A stretch of 64,000 nt of DNA from Alphaproteobacteria bacterium (GTDB lineage Bacteria > Pseudomonadota > Alphaproteobacteria > GCA-2731375): NCBI GenBank assembly GCA_965232515.1, contig CBDDPY010000002.1:480001-544000 (forward strand), read 5' to 3'. This document shows positions 1 through 9,465 of the stretch, piece after piece. Below the pieces are notes generated by a model, which ran no database searches, was not told where the DNA came from, and saw only the letters and a list, made by a program, of their open reading frames with translations. Each line of letters opens with the position of its first letter. The first letter of the stretch is position 1. Both the position numbers and the translations under genes were made by a program.

Positions 1-1096
<1,096 letters not shown>

Positions 1097-1197
1097 GTCG
1101 CTCGAGGCTCCCGGTATGTCCGAAGGTGTGGCGTCAGATGTAGCACGCCGCCGTTATCCGCAATAGGCTTGCCCTGGCAACGAACCTCGGAAGAAAG

Positions 1198-2643
1198 GTG
1201 ATCGCGATGGGAGGTCATGACGAATTGGCGTGGCTCGACGCCACGGCTCAGGCGGAATTGGTGCGCAACCGGCAGGTGACGCCGGCCGAACTGATCGACG
1301 CCGCGATCGCGCGGGCCGATCGGATCAATCCGTCGATCAACGCCATCGTCACGCCGATGTACGAGTTGGCCCAGGCCGCGGCCGCCGATGTGCCGCGCGA
1401 TGCACCGTTTGCCGGCGTGCCGTTTCTGCTCAAGGATCTTGGCGCCGAGTATGCCGGCACGCCCATGACCGAAGGCTCGGCCTTTCTCGCCGACACTTAC
1501 GTCTCGGAGGCCGACAGCGAGCTGGTGGCGCGGCAGAAGCGCGCCGGCCTGTTGATCATCGGCAAGACCAACACGCCGGAATTCGGCCTGCTGCCGACCA
1601 CCGAGCCGGCGCTGTTCGGCCCCAGCCGTAATCCGTGGGACCTCGACCGCAGCACCGGCGGTTCCAGTGGCGGCTCGGCCGCCGCGGTCGCGGCCGGCAT
1701 CGTGCCCATGGCGCACGCGAACGACGGCGGCGGCTCGATCCGCGTGCCGGCCGCCGCCTGCGGTCTGTTCGGCCTGAAGCCGACCCGCGGCCGCAATCCG
1801 CTCGGGCCCCACTATGGCGACATGGCCGGCGGCCTGGTTGCCGAGCACGTCGTGACCCGTTCGGTGCGCGACAGCGCGGCGCTGCTCGACGCCACCGCGG
1901 GCCCGGCGCCGGGCGATCCCTACAATGCGCCGCCGCCCGAGCGGCCGTTTCTGGACGCCGCCGGCCGCGATCCCGGCCGCTTGCGGATCGCCCTCTCGAC
2001 CGTGCCGTTGAGCGGCAGCGACGTGCATCCCGACTGCATTGCCGCCGCGACGGCCGCCGCCAGGCTCTGCAAGGATCTCGGCCATCATGTCGAGGAGGCA
2101 TCGCCCACCGTTGATGCCCAGCGTCTGCTGCGCCGGTTCGGATCGATCTGGGTCGGCTTTCTCGGCTGGGCGGTCTGCGACTGGCAGCGGCGGACCGGCC
2201 GCGAACCGACGCCGGCGCTGTTCGAGCCGGCGACCTGGCGTGCCTTCGAGCGGTCGCACGAGCAGACGTCGGCCGACTATCTGCTGGCGGTCCAGGACCT
2301 GCAGGCGATCTCCCGCGACGTCGCCGCGTTCTTCACGGACTACGACATTTTGCTGACGCCGACCATGGCGCAGCCGCCGGTGCCGCTCGGCTATTTCGAC
2401 TATGCGCCGGAGACCCGCGACCGGCACATCGCCCGGCTTGGCGAATACACCGGCTTCACGTTGATCTGCAACGTCACCGGGCAGCCGGCCATGTCCATGC
2501 CGCTGTATTGGAACGATGCCGGTCTGCCGATCGGCGTGCAGTGCATCGGCCGCTATGGCGCCGAGGCGACGCTGTTCGCGCTCGCCGGTCAGTTGGAGCG
2601 GGCGCAGCCCTGGGCCGATCGGCGGCCGCCGGTGTCTGCGTGA
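1198..2643 (+). CDS. Amidase signature family protein
   Basis: [43 protein letters not shown]. Confidence 0.92.
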   Translation: MIAMGGHDELAWLDATAQAELVRNRQVTPAELIDAAIARADRINPSINAIVTPMYELAQAAAADVPRDAPFAGVPFLLKDLGAEYAGTPMTEGSAFLADTYVSEADSELVARQKRAGLLIIGKTNTPEFGLLPTTEPALFGPSRNPWDLDRSTGGSSGGSAAAVAAGIVPMAHANDGGGSIRVPAAACGLFGLKPTRGRNPLGPHYGDMAGGLVAEHVVTRSVRDSAALLDATAGPAPGDPYNAPPPERPFLDAAGRDPGRLRIALSTVPLSGSDVHPDCIAAATAAARLCKDLGHHVEEASPTVDAQRLLRRFGSIWVGFLGWAVCDWQRRTGREPTPALFEPATWRAFERSHEQTSADYLLAVQDLQAISRDVAAFFTDYDILLTPTMAQPPVPLGYFDYAPETRDRHIARLGEYTGFTLICNVTGQPAMSMPLYWNDAGLPIGVQCIGRYGAEATLFALAGQLERAQPWADRRPPVSA

Positions 2644-2647
2644 AGGG

Positions 2648-3469
2648 TCAGCCGTAGGGCGGCTTGTGCAGGCCGCCGGGCGAGGTGGTGAAGATCTCGA
2701 CCCCGTCGGCGGTGACGCCGACCGAATGCTCGAACTGGGCCGACAGCGACTTGTCCTTGGTCACCGCCGTCCAGCCGTCGTTCAGGATCTTCACCTGCCA
2801 TTTGCCGACATTGATCATCGGCTCGACAGTGAAGAACATGCCTTCCTTCAATTCCAGGCCGCTGTCCGGCTCGCCGTAGTGCAGCACGTTCGGCGCGTCG
2901 TGGAACACCCGGCCCAGGCCGTGGCCGCAGAAGTCGCGCACCACGGAATAGCGGTGGCTCTCGGCGAACTGCTGGATCGCGTGGCCGACATCGCCCAGCT
3001 TGGCGCCCGGCCGGATCTGCTCGATGCCCAGCATCATTGCCTCGTAGGTGACATCGATCAGGCGCCGGGACAGCAGCTTCACGTCGCCGACCGGGAACAT
3101 GCGGCTGGTGTCGCCGTGCCAGCCGTCGACGATCACGGTGACGTCGAGGTTCATGATGTCGCCGTCCTTCAGCATCCGGTCACCCGGTATGCCGTGGCAG
3201 ACGACGTGGTTGATCGACGTGCAGATCGATTTCGGGAAGCCGCGATAGTTCAGCGGCGCCGGCACCGCGTCGTGCGCGATGATGTAATCATGGCAGATCC
3301 GGTCCAGCTCGCCCGTGGTGATACCCGGCCGCACATGCTCGGCGATCATGTCCAGCGTCTCGGCGGCCAGCCGGCCGGCCTTGCGCATGCCGGCGAACTC
3401 CTCCGGCCCGTGCAGCTTGATCATGCCGGTGTTCTGCACCGGCGCTTCCTGTGCGGCGACGTAGTTCAT
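2648..3469 (-). CDS. map: Methionine aminopeptidase type I
   Basis: [50 protein letters not shown]. Confidence 0.97.
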   Translation of the reverse strand: MNYVAAQEAPVQNTGMIKLHGPEEFAGMRKAGRLAAETLDMIAEHVRPGITTGELDRICHDYIIAHDAVPAPLNYRGFPKSICTSINHVVCHGIPGDRMLKDGDIMNLDVTVIVDGWHGDTSRMFPVGDVKLLSRRLIDVTYEAMMLGIEQIRPGAKLGDVGHAIQQFAESHRYSVVRDFCGHGLGRVFHDAPNVLHYGEPDSGLELKEGMFFTVEPMINVGKWQVKILNDGWTAVTKDKSLSAQFEHSVGVTADGVEIFTTSPGGLHKPPYG

Positions 3470-4203
3470 TCGGTGCCTGATGCCGTGCCTGATATGGTCC
3501 CCTGAAGATCGAGCCGGAGCGGCCGATCGATGGCTATTTCCCCTGTTGTCATCTTACAGCAATAACTAATCGCCTCAACGCCGTTGCCAAGGGCGCGCTT
3601 CAGCGTTTCGTCATAGACCGGGTCGATGTCGGCGGCCATGCGCACCCGGTCGCAGTCGCCGCGCTGGACCAGGTAGACCATGACCGCGCGGTGGCCCGAC
3701 GCCACCATCTCGGCCAGCTCGTCCAGATGCTTGGCGCCGCGCGCCGTGACCGAATCCGGAAACTCGGCCAGGCCCGGCTCGCGCATCAGGTGCACGTTCT
3801 TCACCTCGACATAACAGGCCGGCCGCCCGGCGTCCGTCAGCAGGATGTCGATGCGCGAATTGCGGCCGTACTTCACCTCGCGCTTCAGATCGTCATAGCC
3901 CGCTAACTCCGGGATCGCGCCCGTCCGGATGCCTTCGGCCACCAGCCCGTTCGGATGGCTGGTGTTGATGCCGACCAGGCCACCGTCGGCCCGGATCAGC
4001 TCCCAGGTGTATTTCAGCTTGCGGTTCGGGTTCCGCGCCAGCGACAGCCAGACCTCCGCGCCCGGTTCCTGCACGCCCAGCATCGAGCCCGAATTGGCGC
4101 AATGGGCCGTCACGATCTCGCCGCCTTCGAGCTCGACGTCGGCCATAAAGCGCTTGTACCGCCGGACCAGTCGGCCCGGCAGAAGGGGATCGGCAAATTG
4201 CAT
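3466..4203 (-). CDS. sfsA: SfsA family DNA/RNA nuclease (sugar fermentation stimulation protein)
   Basis: [45 protein letters not shown]. Confidence 0.95.
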   Translation of the reverse strand: MQFADPLLPGRLVRRYKRFMADVELEGGEIVTAHCANSGSMLGVQEPGAEVWLSLARNPNRKLKYTWELIRADGGLVGINTSHPNGLVAEGIRTGAIPELAGYDDLKREVKYGRNSRIDILLTDAGRPACYVEVKNVHLMREPGLAEFPDSVTARGAKHLDELAEMVASGHRAVMVYLVQRGDCDRVRMAADIDPVYDETLKRALGNGVEAISYCCKMTTGEIAIDRPLRLDLQGTISGTASGTE

Positions 4204-4265
4204 CCTGGGCTAATTATGCCCTGTCGGATGCCGACGCAAGCCTTGGACGTTCTCGGGCCCCCGTT

Positions 4266-4643
4266 TCACCCGGATCGTGAGAATGCCATCAGCGCGACGG
4301 CGACGATCAGCAGGCCCGCGCCGATGGCGTCGGCCACGATCAGATTGCGAATGGCCGGACCGAACGCCGGCGCCGGCAGGGCGATGGCGATGAAGCCCAG
4401 CATGCTGACCAAGCCGGCGATGATCGCGGCGGCCCGGAGCGCCGGATAGAACGCCGAGGCGATGATCAGCGCGCCCAGCAGGCCGAACAGCAGGGCCCGG
4501 TGCCGCATCAGGATGCCAAGATCGCCCTGATCGATCGTGACGCCGTACATCGCTTGCAGCCGCGCCACCGAAACGATGCCGACGACGGGCGCGAAGTTCA
4601 GCAGGCCGACGGCGACGAGAAGCGCCATGATCGCGTATTTCAT
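4266..4643 (-). CDS. Small membrane protein, about 4 TM helices, unknown function
   Basis: Hydrophobic segments and LMRHRALLFG motif; start taken at MKYAIM (alternative 4652). Confidence 0.7.
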   Translation of the reverse strand: MKYAIMALLVAVGLLNFAPVVGIVSVARLQAMYGVTIDQGDLGILMRHRALLFGLLGALIIASAFYPALRAAAIIAGLVSMLGFIAIALPAPAFGPAIRNLIVADAIGAGLLIVAVALMAFSRSG

Positions 4644-4821
4644 GCGGGTCATTCGCCTTTGCAACGCGGTTGAGTTCTCGGCGAGCCTCGCCCGACCGCC
4701 GGCGCGCGGCAATTACCTCCGGCGTAATCGCTTTGCGGCCGTCAGTCTTTATGGCGATGCAGGCGGCCCGACCGGATGCTATACAGGGCTCGCCAATTCC
4801 AACATCGCGTGACGAGCATCC

Positions 4822-5595
4822 ATGTCGACATCCGCTGACGTCGTAACCGCCTGCCTGATCATTATCGGCGACGAGATCCTCTCGGGCCGCACCAAGGACA
4901 AGAACCTGGCGTATCTGGCCGAGAAGCTGAACGAGACGGGCGTGCGGCTGTCCGAATGCCGCGTGGTGCCCGACATCGAGGCCGAGATCGTCGCCGCCGT
5001 GAACGCCTGTCGGGCCAAGTTCGACTACGTCTTCACCACCGGCGGCATCGGCCCGACGCACGACGACATCACCGCCGACAGCGTCGCGGCCGCCTTCGGC
5101 GTCGGCATCGACTACCACCCGGAAGCCATGGCGCTCCTGCAGGCGCACTACGACAAGACCGGCATGGAGTTCAACGAGTCCCGCAAGCGCATGGCCCGCG
5201 TTCCTGACGGGGCCGAGCTGATCGACAACCCCGTCAGCAAGGCGCCCGGCTTTCAGATCGAGAATGTCTTCGTGCTGGCCGGCGTGCCGGCGATCATGCA
5301 AGCCATGTTCGAGAGCCTGCGGCACAAGCTGGTCGGCGGCAAGCCGGTGCGCTCGGTCGCCATCGCCGTCTATCTCGGCGAGGGCATCATGGCCCCCGGC
5401 CTCGGCGCCCTGCAGGAGAAGTATCCCGACGTCGCCATGGGCTCCTATCCCTTCTACCGCGACGGCCGCTTCGGCACCTCGATCGTCAGCCGCTCCCCCG
5501 ACGAGGAGCGCTTAGCCGACGCCGCCGACGAAATCCGCGCCCTCATGCGCGACCTCGGCGGCGAACCCATCGACGACGAAAACAGCCCGGCCTGA
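4822..5595 (+). CDS. CinA-like/MoCF_biosynth (molybdopterin-binding) domain protein
   Basis: IIIGDEILSGRTKDKN, FTTGGIGPTHDDIT, LAGVP. Confidence 0.9.
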   Translation: MSTSADVVTACLIIIGDEILSGRTKDKNLAYLAEKLNETGVRLSECRVVPDIEAEIVAAVNACRAKFDYVFTTGGIGPTHDDITADSVAAAFGVGIDYHPEAMALLQAHYDKTGMEFNESRKRMARVPDGAELIDNPVSKAPGFQIENVFVLAGVPAIMQAMFESLRHKLVGGKPVRSVAIAVYLGEGIMAPGLGALQEKYPDVAMGSYPFYRDGRFGTSIVSRSPDEERLADAADEIRALMRDLGGEPIDDENSPA

Positions 5596-5623
5596 GGCCA
5601 CCTCTCACTCCCCGCCCTACCGG

Positions 5624-5689
5624 GTCATCCTGGCGCCGGCCAGGATCCATTGGGAATCAGCCGTTGATGCTGGCCGTCGCCAGCATGAC
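5624..5689. repeat. REP-like palindromic repeat, family B copy 1
   Basis: GTCATCCTGGCG..GCCAGGATCCA...GATGCTGGCC..CGCCAGCATGAC; near-identical copy at 42418-42485. Confidence 0.8.
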
Positions 5690-5797
5690 GGAAATGCGAG
5701 AGTAACTCTGGTGCGAGATGCACCCGACGATTTCCCTCTCCCCTCGCCAACGCGGACGGGTAGGGTGGAGTGCCGATTCCGAATACCGCGTTCCCGT

Positions 5798-5837
5798 GCC
5801 CGCCTGGCGGAATTGGTGGACGCAGGGGACCTTAAAA
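5798..5837 (+). other. tRNA-Leu(UAA)-like 5' half (acceptor 5' strand, D arm, anticodon loop) with no 3' half
   Basis: GCCCGCCTGGCGGAATTGGTGGACGCAGGGGACCTTAAAA aligns to 5896-5934; no T arm or CCA follows. Confidence 0.75.
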
Positions 5838-5895
5838 GGCTACAGCACCTGCTGCACTAACACGACATTGACCGTCACGACTTGCAACCGCGAAC

Positions 5896-5984
5896 GCCCA
5901 CTTGGCGGAATTGGCAGACGCAACGGGCTTAAAACCCGTAGGTCCGAAAGGACCGTCCCGGTTCGAGTCCGGGAGTGGGCACCA
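5896..5984 (+). tRNA. tRNA-Leu (anticodon TAA)
   Basis: Acceptor GCCCACT/AGTGGGC, anticodon stem ACGGG/CCCGT with loop CTTAAAA, variable arm GGTCC-GAAA-GGACC, T arm CCCGG-TTCGAGT-CCGGG, encoded ACCA end. Confidence 0.96.
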
Positions 5985-5993
5985 CAACGCGGT

Positions 5994-6056
5994 CGACCTG
6001 AAGGTTGGCTTTCGGCCGAATCTAACCATCGGGGTAACTCCGCCACGACTAGGTCG
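5994..6056 (+). ncRNA. Putative structured RNA (three-way junction) directly 3' of the tRNA
   Basis: CGACCTG(5994-6000) pairs with TAGGTCG(6050-6056); GGTTGG(6003-6008) pairs with CTAACC(6022-6027); GGG-GTAA-CTC GNRA hairpin (6031-6040). Folded by eye only. Confidence 0.4.
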
Positions 6057-6250
6057 CTTCAGTTGAAGTCGCTACTCCATAGTCCAAGTGATTCTCTGCA
6101 TCCTCTAGTCATTTTAGAATATACGGTGTTGAATGTGTCTTATGATTGAGTTAATATATCTCAAACCTACTTTTCTAAACTAGAATCGAATTCTGAAGGC
6201 GCTAACTTTGCTATTAATTGAGTGCAGTCCTTTCAACTAAGGAGGGTCGA

Positions 6251-6478
6251 ATGTCTCACAACGAGTATGAAGTCGAATTCACCGTCCGCGCTAGGGACGA
6301 GAGCGGAGAAATGAAGATGCTTGGTTGCGGATGCGGTTGTTCTCTTAACGGAAGTGTTTCTGTAACGAATACTAGGATCGTTGATATCAACCTTGAGGGT
6401 GGTGAGATACAAGTTATGCAATCATCCGTTGATAAGTATCTCAAAACCAAAAAGAAAAAAAATAAGAGAAGAAATTGA
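6251..6478 (+). CDS. 75-aa putative radical SAM substrate/RiPP precursor with GCGCGCS motif and basic tail
   Basis: Strong AAGGAGG RBS 5 nt before ATG 6251; stop overlaps the rSAM start (TTGA). Confidence 0.75.
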   Translation: MSHNEYEVEFTVRARDESGEMKMLGCGCGCSLNGSVSVTNTRIVDINLEGGEIQVMQSSVDKYLKTKKKKNKRRN

Positions 6479-7848
6479 CCAAGTTCCTTATTCGGAAGGA
6501 ACCATTTGGCGGTGTTGTTTGCAATACGTCGGACAACGACAATGTTCTGTTCGTAAACGCGAAAGCGTATAGCGTCATTAGCGCTATATCTGAACGGAAA
6601 ACCGATCCGGAGATAATTGCACAACTTCAGTCAGCATATGAGAGCTTGCCAGCTAGAAAGTGCCTTTCATTCATATCAAGATATCGCAGGTTGTTCACAG
6701 AACCAAGTGAATGGAATCTTTTTCTCGAGATTGGAGATGAGGACAGCGCGGTCAATTGCGACGCGAAGCGAGCGCCAGCACTGCACATGCCTCTTGATTT
6801 CTATTGGGAAACGACCAGGAAGTGTAATCTTCGTTGCTTGCACTGTTACAACAACTCAGGGCCCTCTGGCGCGCACCCCAACAAGCAACAAATCGAAAAG
6901 GTGTTCGAAGACCTTGATGGGGTATCCCTTCGGACTGTCACTATCTCCGGAGGAGAGGCCCTATTGCGAAAGGATATCCGCGAGATTGTTGAGCGTATGA
7001 GAAAGCAGACGTTCTGTCTCGTGTTGGGCACTAATGGAACGCTAATCAACGATCAAAATGCGGATTGGATAGCCGACAACTGTAACTATGTGAATCTTAG
7101 TCTAGATGCGCCATTCGCCAAAGAATACGACGCTTTTAGAGGAAAAACTGGCTCTTTTTTGGAATGTGAATCCGGTCTAAGGAAATTGCTTTGCCGCGAT
7201 GTTAACATAGTAGCTCAGACGACGATTTCGAAGTACAACATAAACTCTCTGGAAAAACTAGCAGATTTCCTACTTGACTGTGGAGTGTCTCAGTGGTCAT
7301 GTAGATTCCCGTTCTTTACTGGAAACATAAATAATAATAAAGATGTATTCTTGAATAAAAACGAGCAATTATTGTGCCAAAATATTATCGAAAGTGTGTA
7401 CGAAAAATACAAGGCTGAATTTGTTGACCTAGCTCTTGGTCTCAGCATTCCTTGGTCTTATGAAAAGCCGTATCAGAAATTGACCAATAAGAACCGGCAC
7501 GTCTCATGTGCTGCCGGCACTGTCTTGGCCGTACTCCATGCTGATGGAACTATGGCCCCGTGCCAACTTTTCTCTGAGACAGACAATAAGTCGGACCCAA
7601 TTTGGGAATCTAGCATTTACGATCAGTGGCATAATGCAAAATGCTTTGTAGATATGCGCAACATCGAGTTAAAGGAGTTATCGCCCTGTTGGACCTGCTC
7701 GAATGCCAATGCCGGTTGCGGAGGTGGCTGCCGAGCCAGAGCCTATATCAAAGATGGACATTTGTACGGGTCTGACTCTGAATGCGGCTATCGCCCAGAG
7801 AATGCGATCTCCAAAGACGATATTTGTGGACGGCCAGCAGAGCGCTGA
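6475..7848 (+). CDS. Radical SAM/SPASM peptide maturase with N-terminal RRE (PqqD-like) domain
   Basis: CNLRCLHC (CxxxCxxC), ISGGEALLR, GTNGTL, SLDA; SPASM CAAG...DGTMAPC...CWTC...CGGGCRARA...C; N-terminus LIRKEPFGG...VNAKAYSVI...EIIAQL resembles an RRE. Confidence 0.9.
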   Translation: MTKFLIRKEPFGGVVCNTSDNDNVLFVNAKAYSVISAISERKTDPEIIAQLQSAYESLPARKCLSFISRYRRLFTEPSEWNLFLEIGDEDSAVNCDAKRAPALHMPLDFYWETTRKCNLRCLHCYNNSGPSGAHPNKQQIEKVFEDLDGVSLRTVTISGGEALLRKDIREIVERMRKQTFCLVLGTNGTLINDQNADWIADNCNYVNLSLDAPFAKEYDAFRGKTGSFLECESGLRKLLCRDVNIVAQTTISKYNINSLEKLADFLLDCGVSQWSCRFPFFTGNINNNKDVFLNKNEQLLCQNIIESVYEKYKAEFVDLALGLSIPWSYEKPYQKLTNKNRHVSCAAGTVLAVLHADGTMAPCQLFSETDNKSDPIWESSIYDQWHNAKCFVDMRNIELKELSPCWTCSNANAGCGGGCRARAYIKDGHLYGSDSECGYRPENAISKDDICGRPAER

Positions 7849-7979
7849 GATCTTGACTCCGTGTTCGGCATGACGCTGCTCGCGTGGACATCCGCAAGGC
7901 AGAAACAGCTGGCTGAAGAGGAAGATCGCTCATGATCCGCGCCGAGCTCGAACAGAAGCGTTGGAGTCAGATTGAGTAT

Positions 7980-8140
7980 TGGGGTCTGCCTCGAAACTCA
8001 TGCTGGCCGGGCCAAGCGGCGGGTGAGCAGCACAGCGGAGGCGGCGTAGTGCAAAGCCTCGGCTGCGGCGATGGTGCCTTTGAACTGCTTCGCCTGACTT
8101 CGGTTGCAGTTGATCCCAGTGAAGAAGTGCTTGACCACCC
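7980..8140 (-). mobile_element. Degenerate IS5-family transposase C-terminal remnant with probable terminal sequence
   Basis: Minus strand WVVKHFFTGINCNRSQAKQFKGTIAAAEALHYAASAVLLTRRLARPA* resembles the IS5 C-terminus WVVERFFAWINRNRRLAKDFEATI...LLxRRLAR. Confidence 0.7.
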
Positions 8141-8408
8141 AGCAGGATGAAGACCGCGACGATGTCGATGCCAGTGGCGTCGTGCCGTATGGACAACGAT
8201 GTATGGTAGGCAATGGATCACGATTTCCCATGTGCCACGAACCTGCCCGGCCGACCGGCCTCTGGAAAACGCTCCAAGCGTTCAATCGAACGAAACACGC
8301 GTTCGGTGACTGAGCGCGCCGCATCGGGTTTCTTTCTGCGATGTAGTCGCGGATGTTGGCGAGGTCGCTGACCGCAGACAGCTGCCACCGAATTCGTACG
8401 CGGTCCAA
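8141..8408 (-). pseudogene. RelE/ParE family toxin, frameshifted
   Basis: RIRWQLSAVSDLANIRDYIAERNP, then other frames give DAARSVTERVFRSIERLERFPEAGRPG and IVIHCLPYIVVH; split across three frames. Confidence 0.75.
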
Positions 8409-8410
8409 TG

Positions 8411-8617
8411 CTAAAAGAACGCGCGAACGTCCGCGTGTGTCGCGTAGGCGGCTGGTTCATTGAGGCGGCGGTTGACCTCGGCGACCTGGTCGGGGCTGAG
8501 CTGGAAGCTCGTCGGATCCTGCTCGGCCAGGCTCATCAACAGATCGGCCGCTTCGTCCTGGCGATCTTCCGGCAGGGCGCGGATTTTGACAATCGCCTGC
8601 TCAAGTCGTTTAGTCAT
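8411..8617 (-). CDS. Putative antitoxin (addiction-module type), 68 aa
   Basis: MTKRLEQAIVKIRALPEDRQDEAADLL...LSPDQVAEVNRRL...ATHADVRAFF, immediately upstream of the ParE-like gene. Confidence 0.75.
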   Translation of the reverse strand: MTKRLEQAIVKIRALPEDRQDEAADLLMSLAEQDPTSFQLSPDQVAEVNRRLNEPAAYATHADVRAFF

Positions 8618-8673
8618 GCGGTGATTACAACGGTCAACCGGCTGGACGGCGAGGCGACAGACGAGCAAGCCGG

Positions 8674-9318
8674 TCAGCGGCCAGAGAGACGAGTCCGCGG
8701 ACATCGCTGATCGCGGACGGTCCGTGCCCCACGCCGCCGCCGCTGCGTGACAGCGATGCCGGCGACACCCACCGAGAACAGCAGCAGGGCGCCCGGCGTG
8801 GGCACCTGTACCGCGTCTTTGTTCCAGATCCCGGGGCTGTCGGTGTTGGATGCGCCGACAACCACGAAGAGCGCGATGTCGACAACCTGATCGGGTGTGC
8901 AATCGACGAAGCCGAGCGTGAGCGTTACTCCCGGCGCATTGCAGGTCAGCAGGAGCGTCAGGATCGAATCGTCGAACGCCAGGGCGCCCCAATTCACGAT
9001 CTCGAGCTGGTCGTCGAAGTCGAACGAGAAATCCGAGACGACGCCGGGCGTCGTGCTGCTGATCGTCAAGGGGCCAACGTCCGTCGATACGGCCAGCGAA
9101 AAGGCAGCAACGTCGGTCTTGTTGGTCTCGCCCGGCGTCGGCAGCGTGGCGAATTCGACAAAGCCGCTGATACGGTCGTCGGTGTCGATCGGCAGGCCGT
9201 CGGAAATCGTGTCGAAGCCGTTGCCGACATAGTTGTAGATAACCGCCCCCTGGGCATGAAACGCCAGGCCGACAGCGGCCGTCAGGGCGCACGTCAGCGC
9301 CATTACGTGTCTGATCAC
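8674..9318 (-). CDS. PEP-CTERM-type sorting domain surface protein
   Basis: Signal peptide, acidic low-complexity body, C-terminal VPTPGALLLFSVGVAGIAVTQRRRR; GGAGG RBS before GTG 9318. Confidence 0.8.
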   Translation of the reverse strand: MIRHVMALTCALTAAVGLAFHAQGAVIYNYVGNGFDTISDGLPIDTDDRISGFVEFATLPTPGETNKTDVAAFSLAVSTDVGPLTISSTTPGVVSDFSFDFDDQLEIVNWGALAFDDSILTLLLTCNAPGVTLTLGFVDCTPDQVVDIALFVVVGASNTDSPGIWNKDAVQVPTPGALLLFSVGVAGIAVTQRRRRGARTVRDQRCPRTRLSGR

Positions 9319-9465
9319 CGGAGCCTCCGTTGTTCTAATTCTCCCGTCGTCGGCGCGGCTTTCGATTCTTAGGCACGGCCATGTTTCAGTTCGATGTCCG
9401 CCCATCCCCCACAAGATGTTTTCCATCGGCCCCTCGCGCTATAACGGAGGCAGGAGGACATCAGC

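Noticed and set aside
5838-5895. Group I intron within tRNA-Leu(UAA)
   Set aside because: Only 58 nt with no recognisable P7 core, and the downstream tRNA is already complete.
5994-6056. Hammerhead ribozyme (CTGAAGG resembles CUGANGA)
   Set aside because: The core is imperfect and the GAAA element is absent at the required junction.
5718-6149. ORF through both tRNA copies containing a Cys/Thr-rich stretch GYSTCCTNTTLTVTTC, a tempting second RiPP precursor or tmRNA-like tag
   Set aside because: It overlaps a bona fide tRNA, has no clear RBS and no stop before the tRNA. It would be reconsidered only if homologous linkers show codon-level conservation.
8798-8806. GTGGGCACC matching the tRNA 3' end as a possible attR
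   Set aside because: Only 9 bp, and it lies within the VPT codons of the PEP-CTERM gene; expected by chance.
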